Shown here: positions 27,955 through 40,958 of the stretch, one piece after another
How the letters are laid out: every line of letters starts with the position of its first letter
Position numbering within the stretch: the first letter of the stretch is position 1
Origin: Anthoceros angustus
Taxonomy: Eukaryota; Plantae; Anthocerotophyta
Length of the DNA stretch: 64,000 nucleotides
NCBI GenBank assembly: GCA_010909165.1
Contig: MU008158.1
Span: 2,815,478 to 2,879,477 of the forward strand
Direction of reading: 5' to 3'
Made by a program: the position numbers and the translations under genes
The notes under the pieces: model-generated
Told to the model about the DNA's origin: nothing
Seen by the model: the letters and a program-made list of their open reading frames with translations, nothing else
Databases searched by the model: none

Positions 27955-30900
27955 ATGGACTCCCTCGGCAGATCAGAGATGCTTTCTAACGCATCTACTG
28001 ACTTCGGGAAGGGAATGCGAAATGAACATCGTGCGGCAGGCCAAGATTGGTCGAGGGGAGGTTCTTACAGCTTGAAGAGCATGGATGAGTGGTCCATGGG
28101 TGACCCGAGGGCGACTCTGTCGCCCTTCTCCTGGTCGAACTCAAGCAGGATATCATCGTTGAGAGGAGATCCCGCCGCGGTATGGTGTGCGATGAGGTTT
28201 TCGGGTGGGGAGGGATTGTCAGCGGAGACTGCTGCGTCGCATTTGAGTGGTGATTTGGATGTGGAGGAGCCATTTGGGTCAATGGAGGAACTGGAGTCTC
28301 ATGTCATAGGGAATTTGCTGCCCGACGACGAAGATGATCTCCTTAGAGGGGTAGCGGATGATTTTGACTGCTTGGTTCCTCCGAGCAATGGGGAGGAATC
28401 AGAGGATGTTGATCTATTTATCAGTGGAGGAGGAATGGAGCTAGAGGGCGATGCGCAAGATGCCCATGGTGCCCTCGATGTGCTGTCCGGGGGCTCCGCG
28501 GCTCAGCAAGGGCCCAATGGACCAGGATCGGTCGCCGGGGAGCACCCCTACGGGGAGCATCCCTCCAGAACCCTTTTTGTCCGCAATATTAATAGTAACG
28601 TTGAGGATACTGAGCTGCGCTCGCTTTTCGAGGTAAATGATAGTCTGGTGATAGCTCCCTGGTATCCAGTGCTTGTGGTCTAGTGCTTTTCTGATTGGGA
28701 TCTGGGAAATAATACGGGATGCAGCAATATGGTGTTATCCGCACTTTGTACACTGCCTGTAAGCATCGAGGTTTTGTCATGATATCCTATTATGATATAA
28801 GGGCTGCCAGAAGTGCAATGAGGGGTCTTCAGAACAAGCCTCTGAGGAGACGGAAGCTGGACATCCACTTCTCCATTCCAAAGGTGCTGTTTTAAAGACC
28901 CTTTCAGTCTGGAAGTGCATTGGGTGTTGCTGGTGTTTGCGGCACAGAACTGGAGGTTAACACGCTGTGTTTCCATCTGCTGTGCATTAATAATTAGCTG
29001 CTTTTGCATGTAATACATCCCCTGAGGTTTTGACGTCTTGTCCATGCTGTTGTTCAGGATAACCCATCCGACAAGGATGTTAATCAGGGAACACTCGTTG
29101 TTTTCAACCTTGATGCATCTGTATCCAATGACGACCTTCGGCAGATTTTTGGCGAGTATGGGGAAGTGAAAGAAGTGAGTTGTATGAAGTGTGCTGCCCC
29201 CATGCATTACTGTGTTGCTATTAACTGTAACACGCTGTCTCTGTCAAGAAGGTGACATTGTGTGTGCAATATTTTGTACGGTTGCGGGGGGAGCCTTATC
29301 TTCTTCTGTTGTGTTGTTGGATAGATCCGAGAGACTCCTCACAAACGCCACCATAAATTTATTGAATTCTATGACGTTCGGGCTGCTGAGGCTGCCCTAC
29401 GAGCATTGAACAGGAGTGATATTGCAGGCAAGCGGATCAAGCTGGAGCCTAGCAGACCTGGTGGAGCTCGCAGAAGGTTTGTCCACTAGACCCCCCGTAA
29501 TTCTAGTTCAGGGTATCTTGCTATGTTTTCTGTGACTGATATTGGCCCTTGTAATAACTGTTTGTTTTGGGGCCTTACAATGGTTTCCAAAATTTGCACA
29601 TGAAGTAGCTTTTGGGATGTATGCTCATGTTTGAAGGGTCCACTGGTCTGTGGGGTGAGGGTAATCTGCAGTCTGCTATGTGGTGATCTTGTGTCTACTG
29701 AGTGATTCTGATCTGTGTTCTGTACTTGTTGGTCTTGGGACAGTCTAATGCAGCAATTGAGTCAAGAGTTGGAGCAAGAGGAGATACGACCTAGCAGGCA
29801 GCAATCGCACTCCCCTTTGGGCAACTCTCCACCAGGTACAAACATGAAGTCATCCTGGATAATTTTCAGTAGAGCTGCCGCATATTACCGCTTTCAATAG
29901 AGGCTTGAGCTGGCTATTTTCTGGTGGGTCTGAGCTCGGGAATATGGCATACTTTTAAGTTGTCGGAAAGTACATGGTGTGTGCTTGCTGTCCAGGAAGC
30001 CTCTCCGTTGAAGCAATCAGTGGCACTCATGGGGTGGTCTCGCACTTGTTTGCAGGTCATCCTCAGTGGGGTTCCGTCAGTAGTGCCTCGATTGAAAATG
30101 GTTCTCTGCGGAATCTTCATTCCTTGAACCACACTAATTATGCTTCTCTTTTGAGCAACCCACTGAATGGGCTTCCAGGGAGTATGCAACCCCACATAAG
30201 TCCACCTGTTCCCCACCATATTCTGTGGGGAAACAGTGGTCAGTACCACCACCACACCCAGAGCTCTCCTCCGGTCCTGTGGTCTGCACCTTCAGTCGGC
30301 AGTACATTTAACAGTCAAGTGCAGACATCATCACTTGGTTATACAGGAACTCATAGTCACCTAGTCAATGCAGTGTTATCCTCACACCTTCCTCGTGTGG
30401 GATCTGCTCCTGCACCTGGTGAGCCCTCCGTGCTAGAAAGACGCCACAGTTATCTTGGAGAGTCACCAGAGGCATCGTCACTAGTACGAGCTGGCTCTCT
30501 GGGTACTATGGGGTTGGGTGGAACCACTGGGGCCTCTGCAGTAAATATTGGTGGAGGACACAGTCTTTTAAGTATTGGAGCTGCTCACGGAAGTAATGGT
30601 GGGCTTGAGCATGGTTCTTCTCCCAATTTGGGAATCATGTCTCCCCAGCACAGAGGCCGTGCTGTCTTTTCAGCTGGTGGGTTGGCTGGTTCCATGTCAA
30701 ATGCACTGGACACTTTCAATGATCGAGGTAGGAGCCGGAGGGGTGATAGTAGTTCTGGTCAAGCTGATAACAAAAAGCAGTATCAGCTGGATCTGGAACG
30801 CATTTTGCGAGGGGAAGACTCACGAACAACTCTGATGATAAAGAACATTCCAAACAAGTGAGCTATCTTTGAGAAACTTCAGTGTGAAACTGAAACTGTT

Positions 30901-31976
30901 CCCCAAAGTTAGAATGGCTTAAAGTCAAGGTACTATCACCAGAAAGTAAGTATCTGCCGGGTGCATCTTTCTGACGCTGAGTTTTGGCAGATACACCTCC
31001 AAAATGCTGCTGGCTGCTATTGATGAGCATCACCGGGGAACGTACGACTTTATTTATCTCCCCATTGACTTCAAGGTGCAGTAATTGTTTGGTGGTGACC
31101 TCTGCTCCAGTTTGGCGCATCTGATACTGAGTCTGTTTTGGAGCAAACTACAGCCCTATTTCAAGGGTCTGTCTGGGTGTGACAATCTTTCCACTTACGT
31201 GCTTTGTCTATCCTGCAGAACAAGTGCAATGTTGGGTATGCCTTCATCAACATGATTGCTCCTTCACGAATAGTACCGTTTTATCAGGTTACCTGCTTTA
31301 TCAGATCATGTTGGGAATAATGTGTTGTAGAATTTTCCCTAATGTGTGGTGACTTTATACAAGCTAACTTTGTACTAGTCTGCCTCTAGCAGAGATTTTT
31401 GATGCTTGACTGCCTCTAGCAGGGATTCTTGATTTTTGACTATCTCTAGGCAAGGAACAATTGTGTCTGACTAGTCTGCTGAGTGTGGATTTTGCTCACC
31501 TGCAAATCTCATAGTACAGTCCATTTTTGCAGGCTTTCAATGGTAAGAAGTGGGAGAAGTTCAACAGTGAGAAGGTAGCTTCACTTGCATATGCAAGGAT
31601 ACAGGGCAAAGCTGCCTTGGTAGCGCACTTCCAAAACTCCAGTTTGATGAATGAAGATAAGAGGTGTCGGCCTATTCTTTTCCACTCTGAAGGACCCCAT
31701 GTGGGGGATCAGGTAAGGCCTCTTCAAGTGACTACAAGGGTTATTCGTTGTCCTAGATCGTGCCCGTTTTGAATATCATGCCTCTCTGTTCCCTTTTAGG
31801 AGCCTTTTCCAGTGGGTGTGACTGTGCGTATTCGCCCCAGCAGAGATCGTAGCAGCAGTGGTGGCAGTCATCAGGGGAGTCCATCCACCAGTAACAGCAG
31901 CCGCGATGACTCTTTGCATGGATCTGCTGTTGGAATGACGCTGCGCAACTTCTCTCCAGACAGGGATCAGGATTGA
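27955..31976 (+). CDS. MEI2-like RNA-binding protein (AML/OML class, three RRMs); multi-exon
   Basis: GEHPYGEHPSRTLFVRNINSNVED (RRM1), NQGTLVVFNLD (RRM2), DSRTTLMIKNIPNKYTSKMLL...YLPIDFKNKCNVGYAFIN...KVASLAYARIQGK (RRM3). Confidence 0.95.
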
Positions 31977-33687
31977 TGTGCTCCTTGTAGCAAGGATGAG
32001 AATGTTAGACTCGGGTCTTTGTAACTTGGCAGATGTGTTGGCAGGCTGTGCGTACGAGTCGTTGGAAGTTCTCCCGAGAAGTGCTTCCTTCTCTGAAGTG
32101 TGTCGTGAAGATGGCACTGGCTGATGAGTGATGGATAACCTGTATATTTGAACAACTGCTGACAGCTCTGTATTGCAGCAGTGGAAGGCACTTCTCGGAT
32201 TTGCAAGTAAATAAATTCGAAGTACCTGGAGGTGGACAGTGAGAAGTTTCTTGAGCGGCAATAGGTCTGTAAAAAGCATCATAAAGGGTGTACCGGCATG
32301 TGTGATTGGAAGGGGAGATCCCAGGCAGTTTGAAGGGTCTGGGCAGTCCACGGCTTGCTGGTTGGCTGTCTGGGTTTCGCCATGAATGTACAGGTCCAGG
32401 AGTGGGGATACAGTACTTTGTAGCTATGAGATTAGGGTACATTGCCATTTTTCTTTGCATCTATTCTTATGCTCGATTTGGAGCAGGTGCTATTTTGTAG
32501 CGTGACAGGATACAGGACTTCTATTGGTCATTGACTAGATTTAGGGGCGATTGATTATCTCTGGTTGGATTTGTAGCCGTGATACTGTATGAGAGTATGT
32601 GGGCAACGGGGTTTTCATGTTGTGTGTGATGTATTTGGCTATTCTGCGGCCGGTTTCTGCAAGGAGCAACCGGGGTGGTGTTACCATGTCCTGCATTTTG
32701 CGAAGCCATCAGGTTATGGATACACTATCAGGTTGCCATTGTACTGAGCAGTGAATTTTCAGTTTTAGTAAAGCAGGTTGCATTTTTGGTGTAATGCAGA
32801 CATGTTTAAAAGCTTTCAGTGCAATGGTGCTCGTTGATTCCTTCGTAGCTCTATTTCACGAAAATAGAGTGTACAGGTAGCTTAAGTTGTATGCAAAGTT
32901 TTTTTTCTATACTGTAAATTTTTGCTTTGTAAATACAAAGGAAGTGTGCACGTTGTCTTTGACGATCCTGACGGTTGGGGCCTCTGGAAAACAGAGACCT
33001 CTGTCGGGCTCTCAGAGCCTCAATGCGAAACTGACCTTAATAGTTGCGATAGGCAGTACATTGCTGAAGATCGCACTCTCAAAACCTTGCTGGCAGTGGA
33101 GAACAGCGTGCGCGAATCCACAACTAATGCAACTGTGGATGTCGTGTAGAGGATATAGTAAATAGACTTGGAAATGAGAACTGCTTTTCCCTTCCTGGAT
33201 CATCAACAACACAAAATGGCTTATACTGCACAAATTATGAGGGAACTTTCAGCCATCTGCACATCCTCCTAGCCGTCTCTTTGAGGTCTCCTGTGAAATA
33301 ATCGAAGCAGTGAACGTGTTGAAATCTCGCTCTCATTAACTGCCACTCTGTAATTGGGCACATTCGCCTTTAACTCTAAGTAAGGGTAAGCAGAAATGTA
33401 ATTAGCAACATTACAGTTTCGTGCAGGTATTCCAGTGCAGCATAACCTACAACAGTCCGGGGACTACGTGCCTACCCACAACCGTGAGGAGGCTCTTTGC
33501 ATCGAGCTCATACCACGTGTGTTTTTTATCCCGATTTAGAAATTGAAATCCTGCACAATTTCTGACATTCCAGGTCTAGCTCGCTGTGAAGTGCATTTGA
33601 GGGGCGTGCTTTGAAATGCTACACAGCTTCAGCAATGAATCATTCTCTTTTCATTTCCCTCCCTGGCATGAATGAAAAGAGCCATAA

Positions 33688-35907
33688 TCACTTTGCAGCA
33701 ACTGTAGGGTACGGACCGGTGGTATTGTCGAAAATACAGGCGCAGGTACACAAACTGCGCGAGCCCTGAACCAGCCTTTGTGCTCTTCGCATTTGCAGCT
33801 TCACCGAAGGCAGTTTTGCAGCAACCTGCTTGTCCAAAGAACCAGCAAACAGAATTCTGGTCTCAGGCGTCGGGCATCTTGCTTACGTGCACTACATAGT
33901 ATGTTCAAGCTACAAGCTGCCACTTACCATGCGCCAGGTGAGGTCCTCGGGACCAAACGGCTGCGCAGGATTCGAATACCGGAAATGTACAGAATACTGC
34001 ACGGCAAAAACAAAAGTTAGAGGGATGAAGCCCAACAAGCGGCTAAAGACATGGGCTTCACTGCAATTTGCACCTCCGCGAGATGCTTGCGAAGGGAGGC
34101 TATCTGATCTTCACCGATACCACGTAGATAAGCCACCAACCAGCCAACTTGGAGAGCCTCTTTCGAAGAGACAAATAATGCAATCTGCAAAAGTGCGACG
34201 TGACCAACAAACTGTGAGGCGAAAACCAGAAACGAGCGCAACTCGCAAGCAACAAAGATAGTGCAGCACAGCAGACGGAGCGAGAAGCGTGTGGAGGCAA
34301 AGCACCTTCCTGTAGTCCAGAATCCCTTCAAAAGGGAGCTCCAGCTCGTCGCTGACGACTACAGGAATGCAACCACTTACAATGGCATCAAAAAGCCTAG
34401 CTGAGGAGGGAGTATCTCCAGCTGGGCTGAGGCAAAAAATCGAGCTGAGACCGAAATAAGGGAGCAGGCACATTAAACAGGGCAGTCGGCCGAAACAAGG
34501 AAATACTGAAGCCACGTCCCACGCCCAAAACTGAAGCCACGTCACATCTTAATGTATACCTGCGCATTCCAGACTGTGCAGCCTGCTTTCCCGCATCACC
34601 AGGAGAACCTTCTTCTATAACCACATCGCCCTCGTTCTGCAGGAGTGCAGCTAGTTTATTGCGGATCTTTCCTCCCTAATATCCACAGTGCAGAGGAGGA
34701 CACAATGAGGTTAAGAAACTGAGAGACAAGGTGGAACAGGGGAAAGTTGCAACATGCTGGGATGTGGTGTACCACACCGCATTCCGCTTTATTCTTCCGC
34801 GAAAGAAAAGTAGCGTACGTCTTTTAGACAAGGACGTGATCAGACAAGAAGTATCACAAGCTTCCACATTGGAAGCATATGGAAGGACAACATCTTTCTC
34901 CAAGGAGACTTGGCCGGGCTTGTACCTGCGTGCGGCAATATGAGAGGAATGGATATTGTGAAACTTGTGAGAAATAGCAGGTTGGTGGTGGTACCAGTTT
35001 CCCGTGGCATCTAAGTCTGGAAGAAGCCAAATTGCGTTCTTCACATGATGCCGAACTGACTTGAAAGACCAGGGATGGTGCAGTGGAAACACATGGTCCC
35101 TCCCACCAGAAAGCTGCCATGCTGGCTGATCCAGAATCCAATTCAGAGCTTCCTACACCCCGACAGACTAACGAGTGAAAGCCAGTCCAGTCCACGTGCA
35201 TGTTGCAGCCTTTCTTCAAACCTAAACGAGCAGCTAGAGTAGGAGTTGTGTGCACACCCGATAGAGCCGCTTGCACACGGGCTTGTCCAGGAGGAAGAAG
35301 CTGATGGTGGTGAAAAAAGGTACCAAAAAGACGTCGGCGTGCGCCTGTTCCACCACTCGCACGACACTTTCCAGCTGGCGCTGTGACTGGGGTAACAACA
35401 AGTCGGCATACAGCCAGTAGTCGACTGAATGCTGCCAGCCCAACAACCCAAATTTCAATCGACGACGGCGACACGGACAGGATGAACGAGGCAATGGCAG
35501 GGAGAAGGAAGGAGTGGTACCTGCTCGACGAGCCGATGGACAGGACTCCCATTGGAGGTCAAATTGACAGTCTCCTGGTAGCTGGTGTGGAACAAAGAGA
35601 GCAATTGGCGTGTGAATTTCTCAGGCATGTCGTAAACGTAGACTCTCAACGGCCCAGCTGTGCGCCAATTGCTGGCAGAAGACGCCAGCTCGGGGGACAC
35701 GACGGGGTGGGCAGGGGCAGCGGCAGGAGCAGCAGTCCTGGCCAGGAAGAGCTCAAGGGAGTGCAGAAACGAGTAGTCCAGAGTACCGGACCTGGAGGAA
35801 CTGGTCCAGGACATGAAAAAATAGGCGGGCACGAGCAAAGCTGAAGCAGAGAGCAGGACGGTGAGAGCGGCCCGTCTCACCACTCTCCTGGCGAGCCGAC
35901 CTGCCAT
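33688..35907 (-). CDS. Exostosin-family GT47 glycosyltransferase (ARAD-like); multi-exon
   Basis: Type II TM anchor, [76 protein letters not shown]; last exon ends ...[20 protein letters not shown]. Confidence 0.92.
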
Positions 35908-35964
35908 ATTGGAATTGACAAGAAGAGGAGGAACTAAAACACGGAAATGAGAACGGCTAGGCAG

Positions 35965-36498
35965 CTAAGCCTTTTTCTGGTGCCGCAAGAGAGACGATGT
36001 TCCCACCATGGCTCCGATCTGCACCACTACGACACCTAACACCTGCGCTCCCTCCAACAACCTAAACAAGACCGAACGCTTGTCCCGGGACTGGGTGAGC
36101 GGTACAAGAGACAGCACGAGCGCCAGAACTGTTGCCACCAAATAGGTCCTTAGCAGCAAGGAAGAAGATCGCCTCAACCCTAGAGTCCCCGCGCACACGG
36201 CCGCGGCTCCTACGGCGCACCAGGCCACAGCTGCAGCAGGAGCATACAGTGGCCACAGGAAGAGCAGCCAGAGAGCCCGCACCAGGAGCAGCGTGCCTTG
36301 AGCCCTCAAGTATCTGCCCACAAGCAGGCGGCTCTTCGCAGCGCGCTGGAATCGGGAGTCGATGGTCATCCTGAAGGCATAGTCGGAGCCGTCCGTGCCC
36401 ACGGGCCTGGCGCCCGGTCCTTTGTCCGGCATCGTGCCTGCCGTTGCGATGGGCTCGCGGGCTTGCACCACTTTGCACAATTGAGGTAGTTTGGGCAT
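35965..36498 (-). CDS. Jagunal-family ER membrane protein, intronless
   Basis: Signature GARPVGTDGSDYAFRM (cf. JAGN1 GPRAAGTDGSDF), several hydrophobic segments, C-terminal KK motif. True start may be the ATG at 36432. Confidence 0.82.
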   Translation of the reverse strand: MPKLPQLCKVVQAREPIATAGTMPDKGPGARPVGTDGSDYAFRMTIDSRFQRAAKSRLLVGRYLRAQGTLLLVRALWLLFLWPLYAPAAAVAWCAVGAAAVCAGTLGLRRSSSLLLRTYLVATVLALVLSLVPLTQSRDKRSVLFRLLEGAQVLGVVVVQIGAMVGTSSLLRHQKKA

Positions 36499-36694
36499 GC
36501 CACATGCCGTTTTATCATGGAGGATGATCAGGAGTCTCCGAGAATGACTTCAGAGAGCCCTCGTCGGCCGCAGCTAGCTTCGATTTTTATATATTGTTAC
36601 ATGGTCTCACCAAGACATTATTCCTATTTCACGGCAAAGGGCTTCGGAATAGCAGATGCTTCACCTTTTAAGGTAAAGCCAACCCGCAAGGACA

Positions 36695-36765
36695 TTCCGC
36701 AAACGGGGTTTGAACCCGGGTTACCTGGTGAACGCCAGGCATTCCAACCACTAAACTATTACGGA
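36695..36765 (-). pseudogene. tRNA-Glu(TTC)-like pseudogene
   Basis: tccgtaa/ttgcgga acceptor stem, cctgg/ccagg anticodon stem and GGTTCAAACC B-box are present. The anticodon loop is only 6 nt (cgttca), the D-stem is weak and the T-stem has one mismatch. Confidence 0.75.
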
Positions 36766-36896
36766 GGCAGACCCTAAATCCCTCAATTTCATTTCACCAA
36801 CCTGGTACGCTGAACGGGACAACATTGCATTTCCTAATTTCTCGTTGTGACCGGGTTTGGTACGGGTTAGGTATGACTGGCAAGAGTCAGGGAAGC

Positions 36897-39800
36897 TCAT
36901 AAGTCGAAGCTGACAGAGTGATAGTGGAAAGCAACAGGGCTTCCAAAAAGGGAACTGTGCGAATGGCATTCCTCAGCGACGGTTTGTTGCAAGCTTCGCG
37001 GGCCGCACGCCAACACTCCCACATGTGCATTTTGTCCAGCCAGCCGCTTTTCCACCTCGTCGAACATAGCTGCCTCAGCAAAAAGGGGCACACATCCGTG
37101 AGTCAAAGTTCTTCTACAGACGAACCTGTTCAGGCACGAAGCGAGTGCATTTTTGAGAAGAAATTGTGATAGAAAGCACACCATGAACATCTGGCCGATT
37201 GCCGTACTGGACGTTGGCGGGATCCAGAATACTGCGTGTGAGCGCCGATTTTGGAGACGGATTGGGAGCTGTCATCTCCGTTTCAGCGACATATCCCATG
37301 GATGTGTCCGAGGGAGCAAAGCGTGGCGGCCGGTACAGTTGAGGCTGCACCCAGAAAGTCCAAGCCAATGCAGCGGCTGCTCCGAACCCAACACCGACAG
37401 CACACGCCAACAAAAACCACACTGCCTTCTTCCACGAGCTGTAGTCGTCGTAGTAACGGCCAGTGATGTAGGTCACGAAAAGAGCCCAGGCAAGCAGGAG
37501 GCCGATCACGGCCGCACTGAGCACCAGGAAGTGGCCTAGATTACTGTCTTTGGCGAGTTCCGGGCAGATGGGATGCAGTCTGCCGGCACTGTTGAGCACG
37601 GCCCCAGAGTTGGCGCCCTGCTTCGAATTCTCCACCACGTCCTCGGGGTCTGCTACCTGCTGCCGGGTGACGAACCCCAGGACGCGTGGATGGAAAGTGG
37701 AGTGCGGCACCTCTGGGAAAGTCATGCGATTAAGGATCTGCAGCTCGTCGGCCTTGCGAACAGCCCACACCAAGGTCACATCTGTGGGTAGCTTGCCCGT
37801 CTCTCCGCCACCGGTGTGGGTGCTGTGGCGGTGCATGAGGTCCTTCAAGATGGATATGAAAGGCGCAATTCCACTTCCACCGGCAACAAATATCAATGTG
37901 TCGTACCTGTGTGGATGCACAGCAGAAGTGAGCAGCGCTCACAGCCATATCTCACGCCTGGAAACATCGAGGGCAGGATTCGAGCTAGGACAGCAATGTA
38001 TCTACAATGGCACCAGCCGGCTGTCGACCAGGATGATGAAGTTACCTCAGGAAGTAAGGGTCTTGGTGGCCATAAGGTCCCTCGACTGCAGCCTTGATCG
38101 CGAACGGGCAGGTGGCAGATGGCGAACCGCCTGAAGTGCTACCAGATGCATCGCGCGCCACAACGTTTCCACGTGCCTCGACTCCGGCTAATCTCTCCAA
38201 GTCTTTTGTCCAACCTCCCGCCCGCTTCACCAGAATGGTTATGCGGTCCTTCTCCACGAGGGAGCTGGAGGCCATGGTGAAAGGGTGCCATTGCCACCAT
38301 GACAGTGCAGGTATGTGCACAAATACGACCGCCGCGGCGGTGTACTCCAGACCTGCCATGGTGTGATCCGACGGAGCGTGCATCCAGCAATTTAGTCTCT
38401 GGGGGCATGGGCAAACTGACAAAAGCGCAAGACATGACATGATTGGGTGGCGCAGGTTTTGTTTGAGTCGCAACAGCACCAACCTGGATGCTTGGCGAAC
38501 ACAATCTCTGTAGTGTCCCCCGGAAGGGAACGCACGGATATGACGCCGGCTTGTTTTCTTGACTGGATAAATCGAAGCACGCGATCGAGCATGAAGATGA
38601 AGACGTTACCCATCCACATGAAGCCTGTCCATTCTCCCAGGTGAATCATGGAAAAGATGACCCACAGCACATAAAGCTGGTGGAATCCGAAGAAGACCTC
38701 GAAGAAGTTGGTCCGGACTGGGTACCACGAGGTGACCAGCATCGCCAAGCCAACCACTCCCGCAAGCGTTCCAGACAGGTAGTTGATTCCGGTGTGCTGC
38801 CATAACTTCCACTGCATCCACAGAAATCGAAATCTCGGAATCAGTATCTGTACAGCTCCTGAGGGAAAATGGGTTGGACTGACTAGTCTTCACAGAATTG
38901 CACAGCTCCCCGTGCACTGGCCGACTTCGCAAGGTTTCCAGTATTGCATGTGTTGCAGCATGAAAGACGCCTGGACTTACTTCATGAAGCTTGCCCGTCC
39001 ACGCCCAATAGGCGTATATGAGCGCGGCATGCCCAATTGTGAAGAACATCATGATGAAGGCGGCCCACTTATGGTACTTGACAGCATTCTCGAACGGAAT
39101 GTTCACCAGACGCAGCAGCACCGACCCCCTTGAGACTGGCAGGAAGACGAACCCGAAGGGCACGATGATGCCGAAGCCAGCTACGAGAGCAGCATACAGC
39201 AGCTTGCCCTGATTTCTGCGATTGCCCAGTACTCACCCACAATGTCATGACGCAGCACAGGAACGCACGCATGGTGTTGAGTATCCAGCAGCAATTGATC
39301 GGAGCATGCGACAATCCCTCTATTCCTCTACACCACTCAGGACGGCATACACGCACCGAGTTATCTTGTTCTCGTCGAGCCAGTCCTGGGTGACGTACTT
39401 CTTGATGCCCAGATCCGTCCAGTAGCCGAACGTCCAGCTTGTGAGCGCGACCATGAAGATGATGAACATGAGGTCTGCCGCGGTCACCACCCCGAGGTAG
39501 CTTCGCGTCAGCGCCGGGTAGCTCCAGAGGCTCACCCGAGGTCGGCCCCGAGCCACAATCTGGTCGAACCAGTTGTTTGCGCTGCACGAAATGGTCCCAA
39601 GCCAGCGATCCGCATCAGCCCGCCAGGATCCGCATAAGCTGCCGCAACTCAGTACAAGCCTAGCTCTACATGATGAAAGCCAATGCATCACTCACACTCG
39701 TCCGATGGCTTTGGGAGAGATGAGGTGCAGGTACAAAGCCGCCACCATTGCGATGAAGATGGCGATTCCTGTGAAAAGAAACAGGTAGTACGCTGCACAG

Positions 39801-40138
39801 GGCGACACAAACGCGGCCGGGCTGGTGGTGAGCACGATCGCACTTCTCTCATTCATGAATCACTTTCTGGCCTGGAGACGTGCACTCCTGTTTGGCCAGC
39901 ACTAGCCGTAGTGGCACAGGCTATGGTTAACGTTGTAGGACTCACTTGCTTCTCCGTACGCTTTGTTGTCCATCCTGGAATACAGGGGCTCGATGATGAC
40001 CGTCCATTCCTCCGTAGGAAACAGCCACCACAGGAAGAGCCACCACAAGCCCAGGAGCAGCAGCAGCAACATGAGCAGGTGCGCCAGCGCTGCTGTCGTG
40101 ATCATGAACAGGTACCCCGACTTGCAGAGATTGGCCAT
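36897..40138 (-). CDS. Ferric reduction oxidase (FRO family); multi-exon
   Basis: FLPVSRGSVLLRLVNIPFENAVKYHKW, heme-ligand His region FFEVFFGFHQLY...MIH, FAD motif QWHPFTMASS, VEGPYG, NADPH motif FVAGGSGIAPFISI, GVLACGP...FHYHSVSFDL*. Confidence 0.93.
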
Positions 40139-40958
40139 GGTGTTTCAGGCCTGTCTTTGCTCCTCGCTCATTGCCCAGGATGAGCGTCTTGGTGAACAAG
40201 AGCGATCGGCTCTGGAATCCGTGGCCAGGATGGATGCTTCAGCCGCGCCATATGCGTACATGTTTATAGGCACAGCGGCCGTACTACCTAGCCCGTACCG
40301 AGCATTGCACAAGTCGCATCCGATTAGTCCGTGGACCTTGCAATGGGCGGGCGTGTGGGCGACCATGGCCGTGGCGTGGTGAACACACCCTGCGGCCTGC
40401 AGGCCTGCGTCCTCAAACCCCAAACCCGAGGAACCCCGTGATGGGCCTGTTTTCCCTTAACAATCATTATTTTTCAATATATGATTGAAAACACTCTCCT
40501 CGGCCTGATCCTTGCTTGACAATTACCACCATCGTCCAGGCTTGAGACGCAGAGGTGCTGGGAAAAATGAAAAGCCTCCTTCTCCGTGAGCCACTTTTTT
40601 TTTTCAAGCTCCATAGGTAGGAGGTGCCCGTGTCCACGGGAAGGGCATCTTTACCCTATGTGCAAGTTTGGCAATGCGGATTGTTGAGCAAACTTGAGGG
40701 ACCAAAGACGCAACCGCAACCGCAACCGCAACCAAGCTCCTCATAAATGGCCACTTCTCATGTTTGGGCCGCGAGCAACAAATTTACAAGCAAGAAAATC
40801 CAATGCTTTCATTGTACCATCTTCCAAGGAGGATTCGCTCAAACAAAATGGCATCTCTCGGGACTTTAGCATACGATCCTGTGTAGATGTCGATTATTCA
40901 GTCTATTCATTGTGCCATGAATGTTGTTTTGGGTATAATCGAATGTTTGATTTCTATA

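Noticed and set aside
31375-31455. ~29-bp triple repeat in a MEI2-like intron
   Set aside because: An ordinary local duplication with no further structure.
32887-33233. Short ORFs between MEI2-like and GT47
   Set aside because: No recognisable motifs, non-ATG starts on the plus strand, and a position in probable 3' UTR/intergenic DNA.
37100-40450. Numerous antisense and overlapping ORFs over FRO (likewise over PWD, RWD and PPR)
   Set aside because: These are expected shadows of GC-rich coding sequence.
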